Below, piece by piece: positions 55,330 to 63,751 of a DNA stretch of 64,000 nt. Under the pieces are notes generated by a model. The model was not told where the DNA came from, searched no databases, and saw only the letters and a list, made by a program, of their open reading frames with translations. Source of the stretch: an uncultured virus (IMG/VR IMGVR_UViG_3300046455_000579) (lineage: Duplodnaviria > Heunggongvirae > Uroviricota > Caudoviricetes); IMG/VR virus record IMGVR_UViG_3300046455_000579; one strand, 5' to 3'. The position numbers and the translations under genes were made by a program. The stretch's first letter is position 1. Every line of letters starts with the position of its first letter.

Positions 55330-55462
55330 GAGGATCGACCTCCTGTTGTGGCAGGTAGGGCGGTTCCAAGTTCCTTCGTGGTGTTGCTGCACCACTCGGG
55401 ACAGGCGGCCCCGGTCCGGCATTTGCTGGCCGGGGTCGTTTCGTTGTGCTGATACGAGAGTC

Positions 55463-55495
55463 CCGCACCTCATGGACTTTGTCAACAAGGTGCGG
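55463..55495. promoter_or_regulatory. imperfect palindromic operator between the tra operon and the divergent HTH gene
   Basis: CCGCACCTCATGGAC-TTT-GTCAACAAGGTGCGG (12/15); contains TTGACA on the minus strand. Confidence 0.6.
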
Positions 55496-55513
55496 CATGA
55501 TGAGGGAGAAGCG

Positions 55514-55780
55514 TTGACCAACGAGGAACAGGAGGAGCCCCGCTTGATGACCATTCCGGAGATCGCAGCGGACCGCGGTGTCAGTCGACAACTGGTCCAC
55601 CGGATCGCGCAGTCGGACCCGGAGTTCCCTCCCCCCGTGATCGCGCCGGGAAGTACGCGGGCCAAGTACCCGTCCGACAAGGTCGCCGAGTTCTTCGCCA
55701 ACCGGACCATCCGGCCAGGCCGGCGTACGGACCTGGAGACCAAGAGACCGGAGAAATCCGATGCGAGCGAGAAGGACTGA
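55514..55780 (+). CDS. AlpA-like HTH regulator (Kor-like)
   Basis: LMTIPEIAADRGVSRQLVHRI…FPPP…GRRTDL. Confidence 0.7.
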   Translation: MTNEEQEEPRLMTIPEIAADRGVSRQLVHRIAQSDPEFPPPVIAPGSTRAKYPSDKVAEFFANRTIRPGRRTDLETKRPEKSDASEKD

Positions 55781-55978
55781 CTGGCCTGCTGCATCGGGTT
55801 CTCCTGGAGTCGACGATCTGCCTGACTCCATGCCAGCACTGGTCAGGGGCGCCGAAGTTGAGGCCGCTGTTGGCAACCGTGGCCAAAGGAATCTGCCAAC
55901 AGGTCAGGTTCCGACATCGCGCCGCATAAGCGGCATCACGCACTCCCGTTCGGATCGGAGAGGAGGAACACTCGCCGC

Positions 55979-57184
55979 ATGACGACCTTCCCGGAGCTGC
56001 TTCGCGTCCTGCGTATGGACGCCGGTATGTCGCTGGCCACGCTGGCGAAGCAGGTGCACTACGACCGCACGTCCCTGCATCACTTCGAGTCCGGCAGACG
56101 TCCGGCACCGCTCGAGGTCGCCGAGGCTGCGGACGAAGTGCTGCGCGCGGACGGCCGGCTGGTCGGAGCGTGGACCCGGGAGGACGAAGCACGGCGGGAG
56201 GCTGCCGCTACGCACAGGGTGCGGGCTGCTGCTCTGGCCATGTCGCGGGATCTGACCGCGCTGGCGGACCTGGACATCTCGGAGTTGCAGGACGGGGTGG
56301 CCGTGACCGCGGTCGACTACCTGGCTTCTCCCCCCGGTCCGATGATGGACCGGGCGCACGTGCTGCGCGGTGAGGCGTTCGAGCGGATCAGGTCGGGGCA
56401 TCACCGGCCTGCGGACCGTTCGGACCTGTACGTGGCCGCTGGACGGTTGTCCGGGGTGCTGTCGTACGCGCTGCTCGACATGGGCGACTCGGAAGAGGCG
56501 CTCGAGCACGCCACCGCGGCGGGCCGGTGCGCCGAGTTCGCCGGGGATGCCGAGCTGTCGGCGTGGGTGGCGGGCACGAAGTCGCTGATCGCCCGGTTCC
56601 AGGGCGACTACGGGCACGCGCTCGACTACGTACGCGACGGATACCAGTGGGTGGGGTCCGGGCAGGGAACCGGCGAGGCGCGCCTGCGCTGCGGTGAGGC
56701 CCAGTGCCTGGCCAACCTCGGCGACAGCAGGGCCGCGAACCAGGCCCTGGACGGCGCCGAAGCCGCGCGGGAGCGGATCCGCCGACCGGACACCCTGGAG
56801 GGCCTGTTCGGGTTCTCGAGGGCGAAACAGTCCTACTACGCCGGGTCTTCACTGATCTGGCTGCAGGGCGGCCACGACGCGGAGCGTGCAGCGCGGGAAG
56901 CCCTCGAGGCGATCGGCCTGTGGCAGTCCGGGCCGGTGGAGGAGCGGTCCCTGGATGACGAGCGCCTCGCGTTTATTTACCTAGCGACGGCGCGGGTGCA
57001 ACTCGACGACGTCGAGGGTGCGGCCGAAGCCCTGGCGCCGGTCCTGTCGTTGCCAGTGGAAGACCAGATTTCGTGGATCGTGAAGCGCATGGATCGTGTG
57101 GCGGGGATGCTCAGCGCACCTCGGTATGCGGGGAACCGTACGGCTTCCGAGACTGTCGAGAAGATCAACGCCCTCGCGGCGTGA
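55979..57184 (+). CDS. XRE-family HTH regulator with a helical-repeat C-terminus
   Basis: LRMDAGMSLATLAKQVHYDRTSLHHFESGRR. Confidence 0.85.
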   Translation: MTTFPELLRVLRMDAGMSLATLAKQVHYDRTSLHHFESGRRPAPLEVAEAADEVLRADGRLVGAWTREDEARREAAATHRVRAAALAMSRDLTALADLDISELQDGVAVTAVDYLASPPGPMMDRAHVLRGEAFERIRSGHHRPADRSDLYVAAGRLSGVLSYALLDMGDSEEALEHATAAGRCAEFAGDAELSAWVAGTKSLIARFQGDYGHALDYVRDGYQWVGSGQGTGEARLRCGEAQCLANLGDSRAANQALDGAEAARERIRRPDTLEGLFGFSRAKQSYYAGSSLIWLQGGHDAERAAREALEAIGLWQSGPVEERSLDDERLAFIYLATARVQLDDVEGAAEALAPVLSLPVEDQISWIVKRMDRVAGMLSAPRYAGNRTASETVEKINALAA

Positions 57185-57386
57185 CGGAAGGAGAGTTCCA
57201 GGTGCGTAGCCCGCCCTGAACAGCAGAGACGGCCGACCAGGCGTGAGCCTGTCGACCGCCTCCACGCCGGCGTACTGCGAATACGTCCCGGCTGCACAGA
57301 TCGCCCACTTGATGGAAGGACCCGTACGTGTCGACCCTAGCGAAAACTTCGAGAACATCGAAGTTCAGGGGCCCCGGTGATAGCCG

Positions 57387-57647
57387 GTGACCCACCAGAA
57401 CCCCCCTGTCTTCGTCACCTTCACAACCGGCGCGCAACTGCTCATCGACGAAGGCCTGGTCGAGAGCATCACGCCCGACGGCCTCAGGTACATCGCCCGC
57501 AAGGACGATGCCTGGCCGTTCGGTGACGGACAGGGCCAGCACCCGTACGTGATGGTCGGCAACGCCCGGACCATGGAGACGGGTGTCTTCCTGGACTTCT
57601 TCAAGGCGGGGCCGTCACGCGGCGGCCGCGGGCCGAACAAGTCCTAG
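57387..57647 (+). CDS. hypothetical DNA-binding-like protein
   Basis: ITPDGLRYIAR…WPFG…GRGP pattern. Confidence 0.55.
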   Translation: MTHQNPPVFVTFTTGAQLLIDEGLVESITPDGLRYIARKDDAWPFGDGQGQHPYVMVGNARTMETGVFLDFFKAGPSRGGRGPNKS

Positions 57648-57870
57648 GTCGCGTCTCCGACCAGCTCAGATCGCAGCCTGAGCCCGGAAACGCCGAACGG
57701 CCGGCTAGAGGTCGCAGCGCCTCATACCGGCCGTCACTAAGCACAACCAGTGGACGCCAATCCGCTGGCAACAAAACACCTCATGGAGAGGTACCCGCGA
57801 TGAGCGTACCGGTAGGTACGGGTAACCCGGCAAGTAGCCCCGACGTGATCGTCCGCACGGGGGTGCTGCG

Positions 57871-58887
57871 GTGAGCGTTGAGCACATGGCGATGGTGTTC
57901 GCTGCGGACGGCCTGGACGGCAGCGAGAAACTGCTGCTCCTCGCGTACACGAACTACACCGACCCCCACGGGTACTGCTGGCCCGGTGAAGACCGGCTGG
58001 CTGACGACAGCGGGACGTCATTGAGTACGGTGCGCCGCACAAAGAAGAAGCTGATCTCCCGGAACCTGCTGAGGTCGGTGCGCCGGCAGGAGACGAGCAA
58101 TCTGGCTCGGGTGAATCTGCCGCTGCTGGCGTCCATGGCGCGACCGCGGAAGGTCTACGACGACAACGAGGTGGAGCGGCTGTCGTTCGGAAGCGCCGAG
58201 CAGCAGGCGCCTGAAGATGCCTCTGACCTGCGGACAGTTCAATCTGACCTGTCGGGCGAGCAGGGCTCTGACCTGCGGACAGTTCATTCTGACCTGAGTG
58301 ACAGGTCAAATTGCTCTGACCGTCAGGTCAATCTGGCAGGTCCGACAGGTCAATCTGACCTGCAATCCATTAGTGATCCATCAGAGGGAACCATTAGCCG
58401 TCCTTCCGTCCAGGAGGCGGAGGCTTCGGAGGAGACGGATGGAGGGACGGACGGTCCAGCGGTCCCCCATCAGATCGGAAGGAATTCAGGCGTCGACCTG
58501 CTGCTCGCGATCGGCGCGCAACAGCCAGAGTTCCTTCTGACGGGAAAGACGCTCCAGGATCAGGGACGGGCTGTGGCCGGCATGTTCCTTGAAGGCTGGA
58601 CACGGGAGCAGCTCCGCCAAGTGATTACAGGTCGTCCTCTGCCGGATCAGATCACAACCACGGTGGGATCTATCGTTGCCAGCCGGTTGCGCCAGGCCTG
58701 CTCTGGACCTGCTCCTGGAAGCATCGGTGGACAAGAGGAACAGCGGCCGCGGAGCGCTCCCGCGGGTCCCCCGGACGGCATCACCCGGAGCAACTGCGGT
58801 GAATGCGGGGCACGCATCCGTCTCATCGGTAAGGCTTTGGATGACGGGCTGTGCCTGCCCTGCCGAGAGGAGATGGCTTCCGTATGA
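57871..58887 (+). CDS. replication initiator-like protein (N-terminal HTH, lambda O-like layout)
   Basis: EKLLLLAYTNY…GYCWPGEDRLADDSGTSLSTVRRTKKKL; internal iterons; C-terminal CxxC…CxxC. Confidence 0.75.
   Translation: MSVEHMAMVFAADGLDGSEKLLLLAYTNYTDPHGYCWPGEDRLADDSGTSLSTVRRTKKKLISRNLLRSVRRQETSNLARVNLPLLASMARPRKVYDDNEVERLSFGSAEQQAPEDASDLRTVQSDLSGEQGSDLRTVHSDLSDRSNCSDRQVNLAGPTGQSDLQSISDPSEGTISRPSVQEAEASEETDGGTDGPAVPHQIGRNSGVDLLLAIGAQQPEFLLTGKTLQDQGRAVAGMFLEGWTREQLRQVITGRPLPDQITTTVGSIVASRLRQACSGPAPGSIGGQEEQRPRSAPAGPPDGITRSNCGECGARIRLIGKALDDGLCLPCREEMASV
58221..58362. repeat. iteron array / probable replication origin
   Basis: CAGKTCAWTCTGACCTG-type units at 58235, 58280, 58302, 58324, 58346; 31-bp direct repeat at 58221 and 58266. 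Confidence 0.75.
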
Positions 58888-59336
58888 CCACAGAGGCCGC
58901 AGCAGGTGAGGACCTCCTCAAGGTCGAATACCTGTACGCGATCCAGGCCGAGCACTGGTCCGGCGACGACAGCCGCTTCCACGTTCCCAAGCAGGTCATC
59001 ACCTTCCGGATCATTAAGAAGACGCCGAAGCGGATCTACTACATCGCCAGCGAGGGCTGGGAGCCGCGTCGGCGAACCGGTTACGTCGACCGGCAGCGCA
59101 TCGAGGCCGAGGGCGAGGTGTATTCCCGGTCGCTGCACTGGTCCGCTCCCGACTTTCACCTCTACCTGGAAGCCCCGGAGTTGGAGGAATACGCGCCGGC
59201 CCCTGATCTGGCCCAGTTGAAGGCCGCTATGCGGGCAGCGCACCCGGACGTGGGGGGATCGGATGAGGCATTCCGGGAAGCCCACGAGCGGTACGAGCGG
59301 GCCCGGGTGAATGCGAGCAGGAAGAACCGAGCCTGA
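58884..59336 (+). CDS. protein with a C-terminal minimal J-domain
   Basis: LKAAMRAAHPDVGGSDEAFREAHERYE (HPD motif); ATGA overlap with the initiator gene. Confidence 0.65.
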   Translation: MTTEAAAGEDLLKVEYLYAIQAEHWSGDDSRFHVPKQVITFRIIKKTPKRIYYIASEGWEPRRRTGYVDRQRIEAEGEVYSRSLHWSAPDFHLYLEAPELEEYAPAPDLAQLKAAMRAAHPDVGGSDEAFREAHERYERARVNASRKNRA

Positions 59337-59346
59337 CAGGTCGTAG

Positions 59347-59380
59347 CTGTGCCCCCAGCATCTCGGGTCTGGGGGCACAG
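59347..59380. terminator. hairpin between convergent genes
   Basis: CTGTGCCCCCAG / CTGGGGGCACAG. Confidence 0.65.
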
Positions 59381-59392
59381 GCGTTCGTCCGG

Positions 59393-59623
59393 CTATCCGA
59401 GGGGCGCCGAGGCGGTGGACGCAAGGTAATCGCCGGGTCCCGCGTGGTGGCGGCCCTGGTCGTCGACGACGATGACGGGCGGGCAGGCCGGGCATGAGAT
59501 GCAGCCAAGGCCGATCCACCGCCAGCCGGCATCCCACAGGCCGGAATGGTCCCGGTCGTCGGGGAGGTTCGCGGTGGTGCCGCAGTCGTCGGTGGTGCAA
59601 GTGACTGTCATCGGCTTGCTCAT
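59393..59623 (-). CDS. small Cys-rich protein
   Basis: CTTDDC…AGWRW…SCPACPPV; GAAAGG RBS. Confidence 0.55.
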   Translation of the reverse strand: MSKPMTVTCTTDDCGTTANLPDDRDHSGLWDAGWRWIGLGCISCPACPPVIVVDDQGRHHAGPGDYLASTASAPLG

Positions 59624-59747
59624 CAGGGGCCTTTCACGTGCCGGATGGCCAGCCTAGTCGCGCTCCTGCGGACCTCGGATCGGAGGCAACGGTCGGCCGC
59701 GGGCGCGGGACGATGGGGATACGCCTCTTAGCCCCGAGGAGCCCCCA

Positions 59748-60173
59748 GTGAGCAGCAGCTACCTCATCCTTTGCCTGTCGCACGATCCGGCGACCACGGC
59801 ATACGAGTCCAGCAGCCCGGAAGCAGCAGCCGAAGCCATCAGGGCGGGCATCGCGGGCCATCCCGACTGCGACCTGCTCATCGAGCGTGTATCCGGTGGG
59901 CCCGTCGAGTACGGATGCCCTCCACCTCCGGCGACGACACGGCCTGCGGGCCAGGTCTGCCATCACAAGGCCACGGAATGGGTCCACATCGACTGGCTAC
60001 GGCTCCTCAGCCGCTCCCAGACGTCTGCCGATCCGAACGTCCAGGAGGCGGTTCGTCAGGGCCGGTTCCCTTGCTGGACCCGAGACCGGCTGCATCGACT
60101 GCGGTACCCCCTGGGTGTGGCAGGTGGCCCCCGGAACGGTAAGGGATGGACGGGCGGCGATGCCGGTGAGTGA
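59748..60173 (+). CDS. hypothetical Cys/His-containing protein
   Basis: GAGGAG RBS; LCLSHDPA…HPDCDL. Confidence 0.6.
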   Translation: MSSSYLILCLSHDPATTAYESSSPEAAAEAIRAGIAGHPDCDLLIERVSGGPVEYGCPPPPATTRPAGQVCHHKATEWVHIDWLRLLSRSQTSADPNVQEAVRQGRFPCWTRDRLHRLRYPLGVAGGPRNGKGWTGGDAGE

Positions 60174-60456
60174 TGTTCCTGAAGGCCACCCGATTCCCTG
60201 GGATCAGCTTGTGGCCTACGAGCGGGACCAGGGCGGGTACTGGCTCTACCCAGACGGCCGCGACGTGTGCGGGAACGGAAAAGTCTGGGTTGCCGTGCCC
60301 CGGCCGGAGGAGCCCGGCGAACTGCAGCGGTACGTCCGGCAGGTGCAGCATCTGGCGCAGCGCATCAGCAGTCGGGCCGAGGCGACAGGGAACACGGCGA
60401 TGGCCGAGCTCGCTGGAAGACTGACGCGGGCCTGTACAGGGCAGGGCAGTTCGTGA
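60166..60456 (+). CDS. hypothetical protein
   Basis: GTG overlaps the upstream stop region. Confidence 0.45.
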   Translation: MSDVPEGHPIPWDQLVAYERDQGGYWLYPDGRDVCGNGKVWVAVPRPEEPGELQRYVRQVQHLAQRISSRAEATGNTAMAELAGRLTRACTGQGSS

Positions 60457-60571
60457 ATGGCCGGCTGGACGGCTGTGCGCGCCGGCGACTTCCGGATGCT
60501 GTAATCCTCGCCCGTTTCCTCGCAACGGGATCCGCTTACCATCGAGAGAACTTGACCGCGGAAGGACTGCT

Positions 60572-61009
60572 GTGGACCTGCAGGATGCTTCAGCCGACCA
60601 GTTGATGTCCTGGGTGAGCAACGGCATTGAAGCCAAGAAGGCATCTGTGGAGCGCGGCTTGCAGCCGTCGAACTGGCTGTGGCCGCTCGCCAACGATGCT
60701 GATTCAATCCTGCGCCGCTGCGCTGCCGACACCGTCCTGCTGAACCTGCATGCCGGGCGAGGCCACTCCTGCCCCGCGTACGACGCGGACGGCGATCTGG
60801 ACGAAAACGCACGGTTCTACGATCATGAGGCGTGCCCGGTTCTCCAGCAGTTGGCTGAGGGTTACGGATGGTCGAGGACCGGCGGGCAGATCGAGTGTGG
60901 TTGGCATCCGCTGGATGGGACAGCGGACTGCGGCTGGGATCAGTCCTGCCCCACGCACGGATCGGGCGGCGTTCAGACGGACGCGTCGAGAGTGGAGCGC
61001 GCGGGCTAG
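60572..61009 (+). CDS. DUF6221-related protein
   Basis: ILRRCAAD..LL.LH…CP…CPVLQQLAEGYG. Confidence 0.5.
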   Translation: MDLQDASADQLMSWVSNGIEAKKASVERGLQPSNWLWPLANDADSILRRCAADTVLLNLHAGRGHSCPAYDADGDLDENARFYDHEACPVLQQLAEGYGWSRTGGQIECGWHPLDGTADCGWDQSCPTHGSGGVQTDASRVERAG

Positions 61010-61170
61010 TCGGCTTCGGTCCAGGGCGGGTCGTGGGGGGTGCAGGTCGTGCCGCACCACCAGCATTCGAAGTCCTCTACCCGGTACCGCTGCGTCCACC
61101 AGGAGACGACTGGAGTCCCCCACACGACGCATTCGGTGTCGCACCATCCGCAGGTGAACAGGAAGTTCAC
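61006..61170 (-). CDS. zinc-ribbon protein (54 aa)
   Basis: FTCGWC…FECWWC; AAGGAGG RBS. Confidence 0.6.
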   Translation of the reverse strand: MNFLFTCGWCDTECVVWGTPVVSWWTQRYRVEDFECWWCGTTCTPHDPPWTEAD

Positions 61171-61232
61171 GGCGCCTCCTTGGCGGTCGCGCGGGTCGTT
61201 TCGGTGGTGCTGGGGGAACTCGATCCCGAATA

Positions 61233-61265
61233 GGCATTGCAATGCCATGCCCGTACCGGTACGGT
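61233..61265 (+). promoter_or_regulatory. third copy of the 19-bp operator, overlapping a promoter
   Basis: GGCATTGCAATGCCATGCC 61233-61251; TTGCAA-N17-TACGGT. Confidence 0.7.
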
Positions 61266-61360
61266 GATGTATGTCCGGCAAGGAACCCCAACCGACAACC
61301 CGTCCCCTACCCCAAACGATTCCCTCCCGCCCCTCGCCCCCACAAGGAGGAAACACCCCA

Positions 61361-61399
61361 ACCCAGCCCGGCCGCCAACCCCCTGGCGGTCGGGCTTTC
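61361..61399 (+). terminator. terminator-like hairpin, copy 1
   Basis: AGCCCGGCCGCCA…TGGCGGTCGGGCT-TTC; 34/39 identical to 62262-62300. Confidence 0.6.
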
Positions 61400-61538
61400 C
61401 TACGCAGGGAACAGTCCGCCGAAACAGGCCGACGATGACCCCACACCGATGGCCGGGCCCTTTCCGTTGCCGACCGACTGTCAGTGCCGCCCGGCACCAT
61501 AGACGCCAGAACGCCCAACACCGGCTTGGAGGCCAGTA

Positions 61539-62258
61539 GTGGACGCACCCGACTTCTCCACCCTCACTGACGACCAGTACTCCGACCTGCTCACCCACCA
61601 GGCGCACCCGCGGTTCCGCGACCCGGACGTCTGGAGCACGCTCACCAGCCCCGAGAACATCGAACGGACCCGTTCCATTCTGGTGCAGATGCACCAGCGG
61701 ACCGCGAACGCGCTCGGGCGGAAGAAGTCGGAGCGGGAAGCGTTCGAGCAGGAGTGCCGGGCCCGCGGAGCCGCCGGTAAGGCCGCCTGGTTCGAGAGCC
61801 AGCCCGCGTACGAGAACACGCGGCGCAAGATGGCCGGGTTCCACCAGCTTGTTCAGCAGGCTATCTCCGACGTCGGAAAGATTCAGAAGGATCACAACCG
61901 GGCCGGAAGTCACCTGGTCAGCAACGCAGCCCGGGAGACGCTCCGTCAGCTTGCCGTGGCCGTGCAACGGCACCAAGCCCAGCACGCGAAGAGCGGCTCG
62001 ATCGCGGAGCAGCAGGACTACGAGCTGTGGCAGCTCCTGGACCGTCTCACCGTGCCGTGCGGCCCGAACCATGAGCAGACGAGTCTGCGGACGATGCTCG
62101 ACTTCTACTGGACGGACGTCACCCCCATCACGGACACGGAGTCCGGGCGGGAGGCTGCCGAGCGGTCCATGCGGAAGGCGCCGGCCGGACGGTCCTCCTC
62201 GTACACGGGCGTACCGCGGGCCCGGCACCTCGGGAACCAGAAGGACCTCGCCAGCTGA
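61539..62258 (+). CDS. hypothetical helical protein
   Basis: GGAGG RBS; PafBC-type motif upstream at 61479-61500. Confidence 0.7.
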   Translation: MDAPDFSTLTDDQYSDLLTHQAHPRFRDPDVWSTLTSPENIERTRSILVQMHQRTANALGRKKSEREAFEQECRARGAAGKAAWFESQPAYENTRRKMAGFHQLVQQAISDVGKIQKDHNRAGSHLVSNAARETLRQLAVAVQRHQAQHAKSGSIAEQQDYELWQLLDRLTVPCGPNHEQTSLRTMLDFYWTDVTPITDTESGREAAERSMRKAPAGRSSSYTGVPRARHLGNQKDLAS

Positions 62259-62261
62259 AGC

Positions 62262-62300
62262 ACCCAGCCCGGTCGCTATCCTCCTGGCGGCCGGGCTTTC
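62262..62300 (+). terminator. terminator-like hairpin, copy 2
   Basis: Directly after the stop; near-identical to 61361-61399. Confidence 0.65.
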
Positions 62301-62346
62301 GGCGTTCCTGCCCGCGATGTCAGACTCGGCTGGGAAGATGCCCACT

Positions 62347-63657
62347 ATGTCCGCACGCACGACGAAAGCCCTCGAGGCCTGGCATGAGCTGAATGATCGC
62401 CAGCAGGGCACCCTCGCCGTCATCTACGACCTGGACCAGGCCACCGAGTCCGGCCGCCGGCAGAACGCAGCACAGGGACAGTACGACAACCGGCCCGCCC
62501 TCGAGTGGCGCAGTATCGACTTCGCACACGAGCCCGCCATGCGGAAAGTGTTCGGCTGGACCATGCTGCAGGAGCGCCTGATGTGGCGGGGCTGGGACAA
62601 CCAGGGCAACGGGTCCACCATGGCCGCGCTCGAACGTCGCGGCCTCATCGCCCGCGATGGCCGGCCCACCCGCTTCGGGCGCATGCACACGGTGCGTCTG
62701 ACCCGTGAGGGCCGTGCCGCAGCCCAGGCTGGCACCAGCCTCAACCCCGGTGGACCGCGTAAGGCTGCGCTCGGTCATCGGTCCTGGGAAGTCCTCGCCC
62801 TGCTCTGGTCGGCCCACCTCCGCGGGAAGCCGCTGAAGTGGGGGTATTCCACGACCATCGAACGGGCGCTGATCGACAAGCACGTGCCGCCCCTGGCTCG
62901 CAGCGTTCTCGGCGGCTACGAGATCACCGACCGCGGCCGCGACTTCTACCGCGAGCATCATGCCGCCCATACGGCCGCGCACCCCGATGTCCGAGCACCC
63001 CACCCCGACGGCGCTGAGGCCGAACCATGGCCAGCGGAAGCTGACAAGCTGCTCACCCAGCACCGGCAGCTCTATCTCGCCCTGCTCGACGCGTGGGGGA
63101 ACGTCTGCAAGGCCCGAAAGGCCGCCGCGGAGGAGTCCGTCGCAGCTCTGCCCAAGGTGTCGGACGCTCTTCCTGACGTGGTCGTTGCCCAGATGGAGAC
63201 CCGGCACAAGCTATGGTGCGAAACTGCCCAGCAGCGGGCCGGTCTCACCGCCGAGCATGCCGAAGACCTCAGTGCTCGAGCCGAGCATGCCGCCCGGGCC
63301 TACGCGGTCGCAGCCCTGACCGCCTACCGGGCGGCCGTCACCCAGACCGACCCGCTCGAGACCATGACGCCCCCCGCCCCGGACCCTGACACGTGGGACG
63401 AGCCGCCCCTGCCGACGCCTGCGAAGACCGGCGTCAACGCCATCGACGCCGCAGCGGCGAAACTGCACGCGACCGTTGTGGGCAGACCGATCAAACGGCG
63501 TGGCCCAGCGCCCACACGGCGCACTCGCCGGGGGAACGTTCGTGTCGCAGAGAAGCCATCCGCAGAGCCCGGAGCAGCCCTGTACGCCCTCGCGGAACAC
63601 TGCCGCGGGCATGTCCAGGACGGCTCTCTGCTGCGCCGCCTGCATCCGGCGGACTGA
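62347..63657 (+). CDS. hypothetical protein with tandem winged-helix-like segments
   Basis: TMAALERRGLI…VRLTREGR and YEITDRGR; probably leaderless from TGTCAG-N10-GAAGAT. Confidence 0.6.
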   Translation: MSARTTKALEAWHELNDRQQGTLAVIYDLDQATESGRRQNAAQGQYDNRPALEWRSIDFAHEPAMRKVFGWTMLQERLMWRGWDNQGNGSTMAALERRGLIARDGRPTRFGRMHTVRLTREGRAAAQAGTSLNPGGPRKAALGHRSWEVLALLWSAHLRGKPLKWGYSTTIERALIDKHVPPLARSVLGGYEITDRGRDFYREHHAAHTAAHPDVRAPHPDGAEAEPWPAEADKLLTQHRQLYLALLDAWGNVCKARKAAAEESVAALPKVSDALPDVVVAQMETRHKLWCETAQQRAGLTAEHAEDLSARAEHAARAYAVAALTAYRAAVTQTDPLETMTPPAPDPDTWDEPPLPTPAKTGVNAIDAAAAKLHATVVGRPIKRRGPAPTRRTRRGNVRVAEKPSAEPGAALYALAEHCRGHVQDGSLLRRLHPAD

Positions 63658-63751
63658 CACGCCAAGCAGACTTCCATCTTCCCTCCCCGCTCTGTCAGTG
63701 CCCGCTGCCAGACTGGCCGTTGCCGACAACGACCCGAGGGGGAACCTCCGC

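Noticed and set aside
58221..58362. CRISPR-like repeat array
   Set aside because: Units are short, nearly contiguous and inside a coding gene, with no unique spacers or cas genes; better explained as iterons
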